A stretch of 64,000 bases of DNA, taken from contig OX597826.1 of the NCBI GenBank assembly GCA_951406725.2, positions 64,790,001-64,854,000 on the forward strand, read 5' to 3'. The notes beneath the pieces were generated by a model. It was not told the origin of the DNA. It did no database searches and saw nothing but the letters and a program-made list of their open reading frames with translations. This document shows, in pieces, positions 1 through 13,120 of the stretch (position 1 is the stretch's first letter; each line of letters opens with the position of its first letter). Origin of the DNA: Octopus vulgaris (taxonomy: Eukaryota). The translations under genes and the position numbers were made by a program.

Positions 1-111
1 CTGAGAAAGAACACCAAGAATATAGTTTATATTCCTTCAGAAGAAATTATTATTCCGGAATTAAGCCTTGATTGGACAACTAACCCCGTTTTTGAGTTGT
101 TTTTTTTTAAA

Positions 112-115
112 TACG

Positions 116-202
<87 letters not shown>

Positions 203-336
203 ACACACAGCTACTAACACGCGATACATATGTGCATAAACATATATATTTATGTAGATATATATACATATAATATACTTACGTGTACATTTATATGTAT
301 GTATATATATATGTGTGTGTGTATACAAATTTATAT

Positions 337-389
<53 letters not shown>

Positions 390-520
390 TATAAATGTGT
401 ATACACACACACACATATATATATATATATACATACATATAAATGTACACGTAAATATATTATATGTATATATATGTGTGTATATATAAATATATATATG
501 TATGTATATATGTGTGTATA

Positions 521-596
<76 letters not shown>

Positions 597-770
597 CATA
601 TATGTATGTATATATATATGTATATATATACACACATATATACATACATATATATATTTATATATACACACACACATATATATATACATATATATGTGTG
701 TATGTATGTATATATGAGTGTATTTAGATATGCATACATATATATATAAAGAGAGAGAAAGAGAGAGATA
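112..770. repeat. Compound microsatellite (CA)n/(TA)n/(TATG)n
   Basis: Directly visible; explains all ORFs at 27-797. Confidence 0.97.
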
Positions 771-1025
771 CGTACATATGTATGTATAGCCGCTCACGCA
801 TACACTTGCATAAGCACAGCAATTAAAAACCTAGTCTTCGCTCATGTCCCATGAGAATCGCGGACAATTTAGCAGCTACTTAGCCACCAACAGAGAGCCT
901 ACGCCAATTAGCATCATACCAAATTCTTCCTAGATTTCTTCTGACTTAGACCAACCCCAGCAATTTACTGTAACGATTAAGATCTCTAACTATGATTGAA
1001 ACAAGTAAAAGAATTGAATAGATGA

Positions 1026-1059
<34 letters not shown>

Positions 1060-1082
1060 ATGTATGTATATGTATCTATATG

Positions 1083-1153
<71 letters not shown>

Positions 1154-1234
1154 CGAGACAAAACCACTATTTTAAAATCAAACAAGGAAAGACTTAATCA
1201 ATACGTAAAATTTTAATATAAATTAAATAAACCG

Positions 1235-1278
1235 CCACTACAATTGTTTCCTGTCTTCTACTGACATTCTTCAGGTGG
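1235..1278 (-). ncRNA. Minimal type-I hammerhead motif (mirror copy)
   Basis: Exact reverse complement of 1333-1376. Confidence 0.8.
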
Positions 1279-1332
1279 ATTTTCGATCTTCTAATCAGTA
1301 TCAAATTTGATACTGATTAGAAGATCGAAAAT

Positions 1333-1376
1333 CCACCTGAAGAATGTCAGTAGAAGACAGGAAACAATTGTAGTGG
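1333..1376 (+). ncRNA. Minimal type-I hammerhead ribozyme motif
   Basis: ccac-CTGAAGA-aTGTC agtagaa GACAg-GAAA-caattg(palindromic stem III)-TA-gtgg; stem I ccac/gtgg; GUA site. Confidence 0.8.
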
Positions 1377-1571
1377 CGGTTTATTTAATTTATATTAAAA
1401 TTTTACGTATTGATTAAGTCTTTCCTTGTTTGATTTTAAAATAGTGGTTTTGTCTCGAATTATATTATATAATATTTTACTATAAAATTGGATTTAACCC
1501 TAAATCTGATTTTCCCTGTAATTTTGGATTCATTCCCTAATATTTATTATTATTATATATATATATATATA

Positions 1572-1881
1572 TAATATAATTCGAGACAAAACCACTATTT
1601 TACAAAACAAACAAGGAAAGACTTAATCAATACATAAAAATTTGTAATATAAAGAAATAAACCGCCACTACAATCGTTTCATGTCTTCAATGACATCCGT
1701 CAGGTGGATTTTCGATCTCCTAATCTGTTTTAATTTATGTATTGATTAAGTCTTTCCTTGTTTGTTTTGCAAAATAGTGGTTTTGTCTCGAATTATATTA
1801 TATAATATTTTACTATAAAATTGGATTTAATCCTAAATCTGATTTTTCCCTGTAAATTTGGATTTATTCCCTAATATCTAT

Positions 1882-1885
<4 letters not shown>
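1572..1885. mobile_element. Second, diverged copy of the 1151-1550 fold-back element, with a shorter right arm
   Basis: Same termini and extension; right arm resumes at tttatgtattgattaag and lacks the second ribozyme. Confidence 0.85.
1665..1707 (-). ncRNA. Hammerhead motif, A9G variant
   Basis: Reverse complement reads ccac-CTGACGG-ATGTC attgaa GACAT-GAAA-cgattg-TA-gtgg. Confidence 0.65.
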
Positions 1886-2166
<281 letters not shown>

Positions 2167-2789
2167 TATATAAAAAATCAAAATTTAAAAAATGGAAAAA
2201 GAACGTAACAGGCGACAACAAGACATTCACACAGTAGGTGATACAAAAAAAAGGACAAGAAAAAACAAGGACGGGTCAGTCGGAGCTTTCAATCTTCAGT
2301 CGGGAAGCAGATCGGCCGATTAACCTCGAGACTGCTCTAATCTAGCCGGCCCAAGGAAATCTAAGCTAAGAGCACTAGATTCTTTGGAAGAAAGCAAGCG
2401 AATGTATACGAAAACAAAGACGGGGGGAAAATACAGAGAAGTGATACAGAATTACAAATACAAACAACAGGTGTCTTTCGACTAAGGACGAATTGAATTA
2501 AGCTGGCGTGTATGGAACTGAAGCATTTACGGGGGGAACATAGAAGATGGAAGTCATGGGAAGAAATAAAAGAGATATTACACGGATGGTAGTCGAACCA
2601 AGAAAGGTCAAGGTTGACCGAACACCGGTCTCGTGGAAGGGGAGGAGAGAGGTAGTGGGTAGAGGGAATGAAGAAGTAGCATAGACATAAGCTTTGTTTT
2701 GTTAACTTCTCCAACTCCTCTAAGATTTTTTTTTTTTTTTTTTTTTGCTGGTTCGGAAAAAAATTATCTCTTTAACACTTTTCAGTATT

Positions 2790-2920
2790 TTATTGTCTGG
2801 GGAGAGTCATTCTGTTTCAATGCCTTATTCACTCGCACACTTACCGGTTCGATTTTCACTCATTTACTTATTTATTTTTGCTAAACTTTTCGTTGCTTCT
2901 TGCAACCTCTTCAATAGTAG
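2790..2920 (-). mobile_element. Single-arm copy of the family at 36350 and 43604, with hammerhead-like motif at 2881-2917
   Basis: Shares tgtctggggagagtcatt...accggt; reverse complement reads cta-TTGAAGA-g-GTTGC aagaa GCAAC-GAA-aagt-t-tag. Confidence 0.65.
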
Positions 2921-3030
2921 TTTTTTTTTAAGTATGCAAAGTCAGAAATTGATTGCCCCTACATTTTCTTATACCAGCTAAAATGTCCCTCACCGGGTGA
3001 GCTTTCAGTCTACCTCCCATTGAGAGCTAT

Positions 3031-3390
3031 TACTCTTTTTACTCTCTTTTACATGTTTCAGTCATTTGACTGCGGCCATGCTGGAGCACCGCCTTTAGTC
3101 GAGCAAATCGACCCCGGAACTTATTCTTTGTAAGTCCAGTACTTATTCTATCGGTCTCTTTTGCCGAACCGCTAAGTGTCGGGGACGTAAACACACCAGC
3201 ATCGGTTGTCAAGCAATACATATATACGACAGGCTTCTTTCAGTTTCCGTCTACCAAATCCACTCACAAGGCATTGGTCGGCCCGGGGCTATAGCAGAAG
3301 ACACTTGCCCAAGATGCCACGCGGTGGGACTGAACCCGGAACCATGTGGTTGGTTAGCAAGCTACTTACCACACAGCCACTCCTGCGCCT
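3031..3390 (-). mobile_element. tRNA-headed SINE, family A, full length
   Basis: Head tggctgtgtggtaag...ggttcagtccc (A/B-box like), cttgggcaagt core, ends gactgaaac plus (taaaagag)n-type tail; >12 copies in window. Confidence 0.9.
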
Positions 3391-4867
3391 ATGGATCTTT
3401 GGCTGAAAGAAAGATCTCAAAACTGAAGAAGCTAAAAAACAAAAAGATATAGCATCAATAATTCCTTATTTGCAAAATTAATGTTATCATACGGAAATTT
3501 GGTGAGTCAAAACTACTGGTGAGTCAGTTCTACTGATTTTTAATGATTTGTCCTGTCTAAGATTTCACCTCGCCATGTCAATTCAAAACTATGTTAGATT
3601 TTTTTATCATCTTTTGCTGGAAACCACTGGTTTTGTTTAGTTTTGTTTTTTTTTACTATTCTGGCTTTGATTTTTACCTGTGTAATACATCACTTCACTT
3701 AACTTTCGATCTTATTTTGCCACTTTTCTAACTTGAAATTATTATATGTGAAACTTTTAAAACGTCTCCTTAGTGAAAACGGTTATTAATTTTACTTCGC
3801 AAAATGTCACTTGACTTTTAAAAACCGTCAGGTAAAAATATTTAGTTGACTCATGCTTTAAAACAAGAACTTTTTCTTTATGGCGAAGGGACTCAATATG
3901 AGGAAACTGAGTCTCACTTCACTTCCCATGGATTTTGTCAGAAAGGAAGGGATTTGGTCAGCAGTGGCGGATCGTGTATAGGCACTGCGGAACTGCATCA
4001 CCCCCTTTTTCCACGCGATATTATCTATAATATTCAATATAACTAGTCTTTTTTTTTTCTTTAATTCTTTCTTTATACTTGTACATTATATAATCCTTAA
4101 GCTCAATGTCAGTAGCCATCCCCTAGTTTATGAAAAAATACAAAAAAAAACTTGTATAGAACTGTGCGCTTCACAGTTCCAGCGACGCGGTGTTTGGCTG
4201 TTGAGCGCATGCTCACATGTCCGCGATAGGAAGCTTCACGCTAGGCAGAGACAATACTCAGTACTGGTGAAATGTAGTTTTTCTTATTGACTCCTCGTGT
4301 GTTAAGCTTAAAACGTATTTATATTCTCGAATGTAGTAAAGTGTAGAATTAGATTATTATCTTGCTTCTAGCCTCAGTGTTGCTGCCAGGATTCGAAAAA
4401 TAGAGCAGATTCCCCCCCCCTTATTTTGTGATTGGGGAAGGGTTAAAAACAAGGGGGGAATTCGCAGCGGTGTTCAGTGAACAAATTAAACACGCTACCC
4501 TACAGTGGCTAAAACGCGAACCGATCAAGTTTATGTATAAATTTTCTTTTTATATGTTTCCTTTTATACGATATTAAAATAACGGTTAAGAATTTTCTGA
4601 AGTATCACCCCCACTAATTTTATCTACGAGCTGAGTCTAAATCAGAAAACCATATAGGTGCATGCATAGAAATTTACTTACATCAATATAGAAGATCACC
4701 AAGTGGCAGGTACTTATATTAATTGGCCTCTATTTATTGAACCGCTATGATACGGGGATAAATGGATACCGAATTCAAAACGATCTCGGGAAACTGGTGT
4801 GAACATAAACGGAGACAGGGATAAAACACACGCACACACACACACATGTTTGTGTGTGTTTATAGAC

Positions 4868-4972
4868 ACATACATACATACATACATACATACATACATA
4901 CATACATACATACATACATACATACATACATACATACATACATACATACATACATACATACACACATACACA
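4868..4972. repeat. (CATA)n microsatellite
   Basis: Directly visible. Confidence 0.95.
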
Positions 4973-5189
4973 TTCAGTAGTTGATGTTAAAGATAGAAGA
5001 AATGGTTAAGATTTCGATTTTAAACTTTAAATGTAATTAAATTAGACACTTTATAAACAAGAATCCAGATGGGAAAAAATATGTACAGAATCAGCCGTGG
5101 GCGGTTCTGTGCACATTTTTCTAACTCAGATTCTTGTTTATAAAGTGTCTTAAATAATTAAATTTAATGTGCGTGTTTGTGCGCGCATG

Positions 5190-5214
5190 TAGAGAGAGAG
5201 AGAGAGAGAGAGAG

Positions 5215-5246
<32 letters not shown>

Positions 5247-5293
5247 ACAGAGACAGAGAGAGAGACAGAGAGAGAAAGAAAGGGAAGACAGAC

Positions 5294-5380
<87 letters not shown>
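5190..5380. repeat. (GA)n/(GACA)n/(GATA)n compound microsatellite
   Basis: Directly visible. Confidence 0.95.
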
Positions 5381-5382
<2 letters not shown>

Positions 5383-6092
5383 TGATCAGCTGAAGAATCC
5401 ATCATCCATTAGCCATTGCCAGGGTGACGGATTTTTGATGTGAGATAGATATTCTGGAATGATGAATCATCCGGGGGCAATACCTGGGATGTTAGTTCTT
5501 TATGTTGGGTCAGGAGGAGGTCAAAACACTGACACATTTCATTCACACGTCATCATCATTGCCGCCACCACCCATCACCATCACAACCACAACCACCAAT
5601 ACCAACAACGCCCAGTTCAGCAACATCACCTCCAGCATCTCTACCTCCTTCGTTCCCACCCATCAGTCCCGAAGGTTCTAACGAGGGGTCAAAAGCGATA
5701 CCCTTCTTTTCCTTCTGCTTGAGCCATTAAAAACAACGAATTCCTCACAGCCTTTAGAATCTCTCTTCCTCCTATTAATAATATCAATTAGAAAAAAAAA
5801 AACATTAATTTCTGACTGTTAAGTAAATGACAAGATAGCAAAAAATATTTCAGTAAAACACCAAGTAATACTAATAACACCAAATTCGAAATAAGGAGAT
5901 AGACTGACAAGAGATAGAGATAGCATATTACAAAAATATACAATCTGGTGTTTATACGATCAAATAACCTGAGCTAAGCTTAAAAAATAAACAACCAAGG
6001 TGTTTTTATTTATTATTTTTTGTTACATACTGTGAAGTGCTATATACATACATTCATACATACATACACATACATACACACACATATATATA

Positions 6093-6128
<36 letters not shown>

Positions 6129-6504
6129 TGTATGTATGTATGTATGTATGTATATACTGAAAAGAGTTATGAACAAAATAAAATTTTGGAAAAAAGGGTA
6201 TACATAAAATATACATTAACTGATATACTAAACAAATAGGAGATATACAAATTTAAAGAGATACACAGGAATAGATATTCAGAAATAAATGGGGTAGACA
6301 GAAATAAATGGCTTATACCAAAAATAAAAATAAATAAATAAATAAAGAGCTATACAAAAACAAATATATATGGTATATACAAAAATTCAAATGCTCATCT
6401 AATTAAAGATAATTTTAATGCTAGTTCAGTGATTGCTACACACACACATACACATGTATACATATATACATACACATAGATGTGTGTGTGTGTATACACA
6501 CATA

Positions 6505-6535
<31 letters not shown>

Positions 6536-6689
6536 TAGATTTCCTACTTCTAACTAAACAGGATCGTCATGGGAGATATCTTGTTGAGTCGATGACTTCT
6601 CAGGAATTTCACGAAATTCTTTCCAAATAAACATGTTAAATTTAGTCAATAAACTGTTTACTCGTGCCATCTATAACTTTCTGTCTGTC

Positions 6690-6722
<33 letters not shown>

Positions 6723-6807
6723 GTATGTATATATATATATCTGTTTGTTTGTCTATATATCAGATTCTCCCCCTTCTCTCTCTCTCTCTCTCTCTCTCTC
6801 CTGCATT

Positions 6808-6930
6808 CCCTATGTAGTAAGAAGTTTGCTCCCTAACCATATGGTTTTGGGTTCAGTCCCTCTGCACTGCTCCTTGGGCAAGCTCCTGACCGCCCAAAGC
6901 CTTGTGAGTAGATTTGGTAGCCGGAAAGTG
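6808..6930 (+). mobile_element. SINE family A 5' fragment
   Basis: gtagtaagaagtttgct...gggttcagtccc...cttgggcaag...gatttggtag. Confidence 0.75.
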
Positions 6931-6994
6931 AACGGAGCACATATATTAGATTGGATTGGAAAGTCTTGTTGCATTTCAAAATGAGAAAGAAACA

Positions 6995-7320
6995 AATGCT
7001 TCTTTGGTTTTAATTGATATATTCAAATAAGATAATATTTCCCCGCATTACTGATAGCATAAACCTATCTATCTGGCAAATAGTTGATCTCCCGGAACCG
7101 TAAAATTTTTCAAGTTTCGTAGTAAAGAAACACTCAATTACAGTTTTCACCTGTTCACAATTAGTAAACTGCTTTCCCAGTAAATAATCTTGCAATGATC
7201 TGAAAAGATGATAGTCAAATGGGACGAGGAACATATTTAGTATCATAATCTTTGTCTGGGTGGTGTGAGGACCATGCAGTCTTTCGTTATCGTGTATGAG
7301 CAGCCTTCTTTATGATTAAC
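6995..7320 (-). pseudogene. mariner transposase C-terminal remnant
   Basis: Minus strand gives LLIHDNERLH (cf. LLHDNARPH) and DYHLFRSLQDYLLGKQF...FF..K...FY..G, typical of mariner catalytic-domain C-termini. Confidence 0.8.
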
Positions 7321-7487
7321 CAATGGTGAGCGTTTCTGCAAATTTTAGGTTCACAGTACACAGTGGAATATATGAAAAAAATTTTAAAGCTGTCAAAGTA
7401 TTAATAAAACAATAATTATGAAAAATATATGAAGAGTACATAAAATCTTGAGATTTAAGGACATAAGATATATAAAATATATCAAAT

Positions 7488-7665
7488 TTGGGGGAAGGGA
7501 TTACGTCGATTACATCGGCCCCAGTGTGTAACTGGTACCTATATAGTCGGCCCCGAAAGGATGAAAGGCAAAGTCGACCGAGGCGAAATTTGAACTCAGA
7601 ACGTAGTGACAGACTGCTAAGCATTTCGCCCGGCATGCTAACGATTCTGCCAGCTCATCGCCTTT
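7488..7665 (-). mobile_element. SINE family B (Meta/MESC-like core)
   Basis: Reverse complement of aaggcggcgagctggcagaatcgttagc...ttctgagttcaaatt...gcctttcatcctttcggggtcga. Confidence 0.85.
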
Positions 7666-8984
7666 GAGAAAGAGAGCAGAATTATAATAAAAGCTATAAT
7701 AAAAAATTATATAAAAAAGAAATACTAATTTTTTTTTTTAAATTAAGATGCTATACTAGGATATATAAAAAGCAGAACATTAGTTAATTATTAATACTAA
7801 ATGGAAAAAGGCTTAAGTATACCGTGTTATAACAGATAAAATAGAATTAAAATTATCATTAGAAATAGGTTAAGAAAATATATTTAAAACACAACGAAGA
7901 ATAAGGACTGAAGGATGGTAGTAACAGATCATAGAAAGTATATTTTATAATTAGGGGAGTATGTATGTATGTATATATGTGTGAGTGTGTGTGACCCGAA
8001 CTGGTTTCGACCCTTGAAATAGTACTTCATAAGTGAGTGTACACTATTCTTTAAATGTCCACGAACAGACTTTCATAAATGCATCACTAGTAAGCGCCTT
8101 CGTAAATTGACTGGCCTAAAGCAGAAACACATGTTATCTCCAAACAATAAATTTATCTATTCCTCTGATAGGATATAAGTTGTGGAAAATCCTTGAGCCT
8201 GGTGATTATCTCCCCTTGTCATATAGAGCCGGTCTTAGTTGCCATTTGGTAACTGTCACACATCAACTAGAGACGGAAATAATTTTAATAAATTACGGAT
8301 GGTGTATAGTATTTAATACACCTGTGTTTGTCTATGCATTATATGTATGTATGTATATATATATATATATATATTTAGCCTTTTACTCATTTACCAGTTT
8401 CGCTCATTTTCAATGGTGCCATGCAGGAGCACTGCGTATATATATATATATATATATATATGGCCCGTCGTTGATCGGGTAATTACTTTTACTGTTTCTC
8501 GGGAGCCACATTCAAAGTATTATTATATATATATAATTTACTCAACCTGTATGTCTGCATTTTTATAGGAGAAAAATATTTAATAATTGAAGTAGAAAAA
8601 AGAGTAATTTCATACATGAACTTTTGTATTATATAACAATAATAAATGAGCTGTATATGTTATTTTATTCATTAACACAGTAATGGCAATTATATAACAC
8701 ATACATAAAACTGCTTACAATAATAGAGATTAATGTACAATTTCTTCTATGTTCATATTTCTCGGTTTACAATATTGAAAAAAATATGTCAGCAAAGAAA
8801 AGATGTACTCTCTCCAGAAACTGGTATAACTGGTATGCAAGGAACGAAGACGGTGACACTTTTACCACAACCAGTGAGAATAGTTGCCTCAATGCAGTTC
8901 CTTATAGGCTTGTGCACAATTAGTGTTGCACCATTGTATAAGTTTTGTTGAGACAAATTAGGCAATAGTATAATAGGAAATATA

Positions 8985-9210
8985 GAAAAAGCATAATAGC
9001 TTCTCTTGAACCAGTTACTTTCATTTTGGTGGACAAACAAACGAACAAACATATAAACGGACAGAATGTCTCTTTTTATATATATAGATAAGATATAAGA
9101 TAAGATAAGAAGAAAAGGGATAATAGGTTCCCTTGAACCATATACTTTCATTTTGGAGGACAAACAAACGAACAGAATGTCTCTTTTATATGTAGAGATA
9201 ACCTCTCTTT

Positions 9211-9268
<58 letters not shown>

Positions 9269-9382
9269 AAGATATGAAAAAAAGCATAATGGTTTCCCTT
9301 GAACTATTTACTTTCATCTTGGAGGACAAACAAACGAACAAGCACACAAACGGATAGAATCTCTCTTTTATATATATAGATA
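8985..9382 (-). repeat. Three near-tandem copies of a ~105-bp unit resembling a Helitron 5' end
   Basis: Unit aaaagcataat..ccttgaac..actttcat..ggacaaacaaacgaac..cagaatgtctcttttatatatataga at ~8985, ~9112 and ~9277; minus strand starts a|TCTATATATAT. Confidence 0.55.
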
Positions 9383-9765
9383 TAAAATGTGTGTGCGTGT
9401 GTCACACACGCGCATACGCCCCACACACACAGACGCACACACAATTCTTTCTACTAAAACCACTCGAAGTGGGTAGTCAATAACATCGACCCTAGTGCTC
9501 AATTGCTACTTATTTCATCGACTCCAAAAGGATGAAAGACTAAGTCGACTTCGAAGGAATTTGAACTCAGAAAGTAAAAGCATGCCACATATTTTACTGT
9601 TAATTTGATTTCAGTAGGTTCCGTTAAACCTTGTGGTGTGCGACCGGTTGCTATGATAAGAAAAATTCTCCACAAATGGTTTTAATACAGTTTTGACAGA
9701 AGGATTTGGAAGAATTGGAAGTGGGTTCTCCGGTGATTTTCTTTCATGTAAATGAATTCTATTAT

Positions 9766-10398
9766 TTTACTTGTTTCAATCATTTGACTGCAGCCATGCT
9801 GGAGCACCGCCTTTAGTCGAACAAATCAATCCCAGGACTTATTTTTGTAAGCCTAGGACTTATTCTACCGGTCTGTTTTGCCGAACCACTAAGTTATGGG
9901 GACATAAACACACTAATATCGGTTGTCGAGCTATGGTGGGGGACAAACACAGATACATAAACATACACACAAATATATATAATAATATAAATAATATATA
10001 AATATATGCATATATAATTACATATATGTACATACCTACATATACTTGTATATATACATGCATATATGGGTACAGGACACAATGAAAAACGTTGAACACA
10101 ATGAGAAACGAAAACATAAAAACAAAAACAGAAACGAACTTTTTTTCGAACAACGAAAAAAAACAAACAGAGAAACGCGACATACAACATAAAGAATATT
10201 CCCCTCCTTCAGTTGTCCGTTTGAACTATTCCATACGACGGGTTTCTTGTAGTTTCCGTCTACCAAATCCACTCACAAGGCTTTGGTCGGCCCGAGGCTA
10301 TAGTAGAAGACACTTGCCCAAGATGCCACGCAGTAGGACTGAACCCGGAACCATGTGGCTGGGAACCAATCTTCTTACCACACAACCACTCCTGCACC
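9766..10398 (-). mobile_element. SINE family A with an unrelated ~170-bp insert at ~10065-10232
   Basis: Both SINE halves match 3031-3390. Confidence 0.85.
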
Positions 10399-10856
10399 TG
10401 TTTATAGCAAAATCTTATAAAATGACAATGTTCCAAAAGATGTACATTGTTTACATGTTATATACGAAAATAAAATGTCATTTGATAATCAAGTTACTGG
10501 TATTGTGTATTATCGTTCTACTTTACTCATTGGTATATAACTAAGGATTATGAACATTTTTAGTCGACGTTGTCTGTTTTAAACATATGCAAATCAGTCT
10601 ATTCTGTTTGTTTCAACCGTTAGTAGTGATTGGCCTACAAGCAAAGTGTTCGAGAACAGTTTAAGTGGGTATAGAATAGCTAATGAAATCCGAGATGTAG
10701 AATTGAAAACGTTTCAGTTATTTTCCTGATTGTGATTATTATCGCATATTCAAACTAGTGCACGTGGCGAAAAGAATACATAGTAATATTCTGCAGTAAT
10801 GATGCAAAATACTGTTCAAAAACATATAGTAGTCTATTAATGGTTTCAACTAGATA

Positions 10857-11245
10857 CTGTGGTTCTGGGTTCGGTCCCACTGCGTGGCACCTTGGGCAAG
10901 TATCTTCTACTATAGCCTCGAGCCGACCAAAGCCTTGTGAGTTGATTTGGTAGACGGAAACTGAAAGAAGCCCGTCGTGTACATGTGTATATATTTATGT
11001 GTTTGTCTTCGCGTCTGTCTTTGTCAACCCCCACCCCCCGCTATCACCGCTTGACAACCGGTGTTGATGTGTTTACGTCCACGTAGCTTAGCGGTTCGGC
11101 AAAAGAAACCGATAGAATAAGTACTAGGCTTAAAAAAAAATAAATCCTAGGGGTGATTTGTTCGACTAAAACACCGCAAGTCAGTGCTCCAGCATGGCCG
11201 CAGTCAAATGACTGAAACGGGTAAAAGAATAAAAGAAAGAATAAA
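10857..11245 (+). mobile_element. SINE family A, 5'-clipped
   Basis: Matches family consensus through the (aaaagaat)n tail. Confidence 0.88.
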
Positions 11246-11869
11246 AACGGTAGCGCGAAACCTCTAACTTACGTCTGTAACAGTTCTTTCAAACTTGTTT
11301 ATTTCTGATCAGAAAGAAAATTATAAAAGATAGAATTACTCTGTTGTATAAAACTAGTGGTAAACAACATTTCCTCGACCCACCTTTTTCTTTCCACCAC
11401 CCCTTTTTTTTTTTTTTGTTCTTTCTTAATTCTTCAATATACCGAGGAAACACTTTACTGAAAGAATCCATGAAATTGAACTGTAAGGATTCATAAGGAC
11501 AGTGATCCAGTTTCCATGGCGTGTAAGTGACTGGGATCACATTTCCCCCTGAATAGGATGCTAGTCCGTCGCAGAGTCACTTATTTACAGCTGAACGGAC
11601 TGGAGCAGCATGAAATGAAGTCTTTTGCTCAAGAACACAACACACGACCTTGCCATCGTGAATGCAGCAATCTAACCACTAGGCTACGCGCCTTCTCAGA
11701 TAAAGTCATTGAGGAACGAAAATTACTGACTGAAAATCAATACGGATTCAAATCGAACAGATTGGTCTCTTAACTGAAGAAATTACTACGCATCAGAAAA
11801 ATCTATAGGCGCTTTTTCTCTCGATTTCTGAATTATTTGATAAATTAAAACGGTATCAGATGGGTCGAG

Positions 11870-12455
11870 CGTAGTAATGGTTTCAAATTTTGGTACAATG
11901 CCAGGAACTACGGGGGAAGGTGGGATTTAAGTCGATTACATTAAGTCGACCTCGGCGGCATTCGAACTCAGAACGTAAAGATGGACAGTATCAGGTTAAT
12001 ATTGGTTTCAAATTTTGGCACAAGGACAGCAATTTCGGAGAGGGAATAAGTCGATTTTCCATCGATCCCAGAGCTTGACTGGCACTTATTTTATCGACCC
12101 AGAAAGGATAAAAGGCAAAGTCGACCTCAGCGGAATTTGAACTTAGAACGCAAACACAGACAAAATGCCGCGAAGCAATTTTGTCCGGCGTGCTAACGAT
12201 TCTGCCACCTAGCTGCCTTCAAGAACCGGGTTAATATTCTTTTTTACTCTAGGCACTAGACCCGAAATTCTGGGAGAGAGGGCCAGTCGATTAGATCGAC
12301 TCCAGTACGCAACAGTTACTTAATTTATCGACCGCGAAAGGATGAAAAGCAAAGTCGACCTTGATGGAATTTGAACTCAGAACGTAAAGACAAACAAAAT
12401 ACTGCTAAGCATTTCGCCCGGCGTGCTAACGTTTCTGCCAGCTCGCTGCCTTAAG
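11870..12455 (-). mobile_element. Cluster of three SINE family B copies/fragments
   Basis: Repeated aaggcaaagtcgacc..gaatttgaactcagaacg..gctaacg..tctgcca. Confidence 0.8.
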
Positions 12456-12914
12456 AACTGGGTTTAATATTAAAAACAAAACGTTCTTCCACGGACAAAA
12501 ATGGGGTTATAAAATGTAAGTTTAATCTAAAGTAAGTTCGTGCCTGTATTATTAAGAAGAATATGTGTATTTCAGTGTGGAGTGAGTTAATTGCATGATT
12601 CGATTATGGATCTAAGACAAACCATTCTATTAACTCACTCCACAAATACACATATTCTTCATAACGCTACGAACACAGAGTTTCTTTGTATTAAACCCTT
12701 CTTTCAAATTATAACCTCATTCATTTTGCGGGAGTTTTGTACAAATAATATTCAATTCAAAAACATTTGCAAAAACTGTTTTTAAGAGGTATTGGGTTAA
12801 GGAAAGATCTGAGATAACTGTTTTATCGACGCCGGATAGATATACATATACAGAACTGGTAATATTATGTTTTGAAATGATAATGGGTTGTGCATAAAAT
12901 TAGGATGCTTAAAT

Positions 12915-13120
12915 ATTCTTTTCTACTCTAGGCACAAGACCCGAAATTTTGGGGGATGGGTCCAGTTGATTAGATCGACACCAGTACGAAACTGGTACTT
13001 AATTTATTGGCCCCGAAAAGAAAAAAAGGCAAAGTATTTGAACTCAGAACGTAAAGACAGACGAAATACTGCTAAGATTTCGCCCGGCATGCTAACGTTT
13101 CTGCCAGTTCGCTGCCTTGG
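12915..13120 (-). mobile_element. SINE family B
   Basis: Same motifs as 12240-12455. Confidence 0.8.

Larger units (their letters stand above)
1151..1550. mobile_element. Fold-back element (310-bp palindrome 1151-1460 plus ~90-bp unique right extension) between (TA)n tracts, Penelope-like-derived
   Basis: attcgagaca(1151) pairs with tgtctcgaat(1460); centre aaa|ttt at 1305/1306; carries a hammerhead motif on each arm. Confidence 0.85.

Noticed and set aside
2275-2305. Hammerhead on minus strand (CTGAAGA-tt-GAAAgctc)
   Set aside because: No stem II and no pairing stem I; at most a remnant
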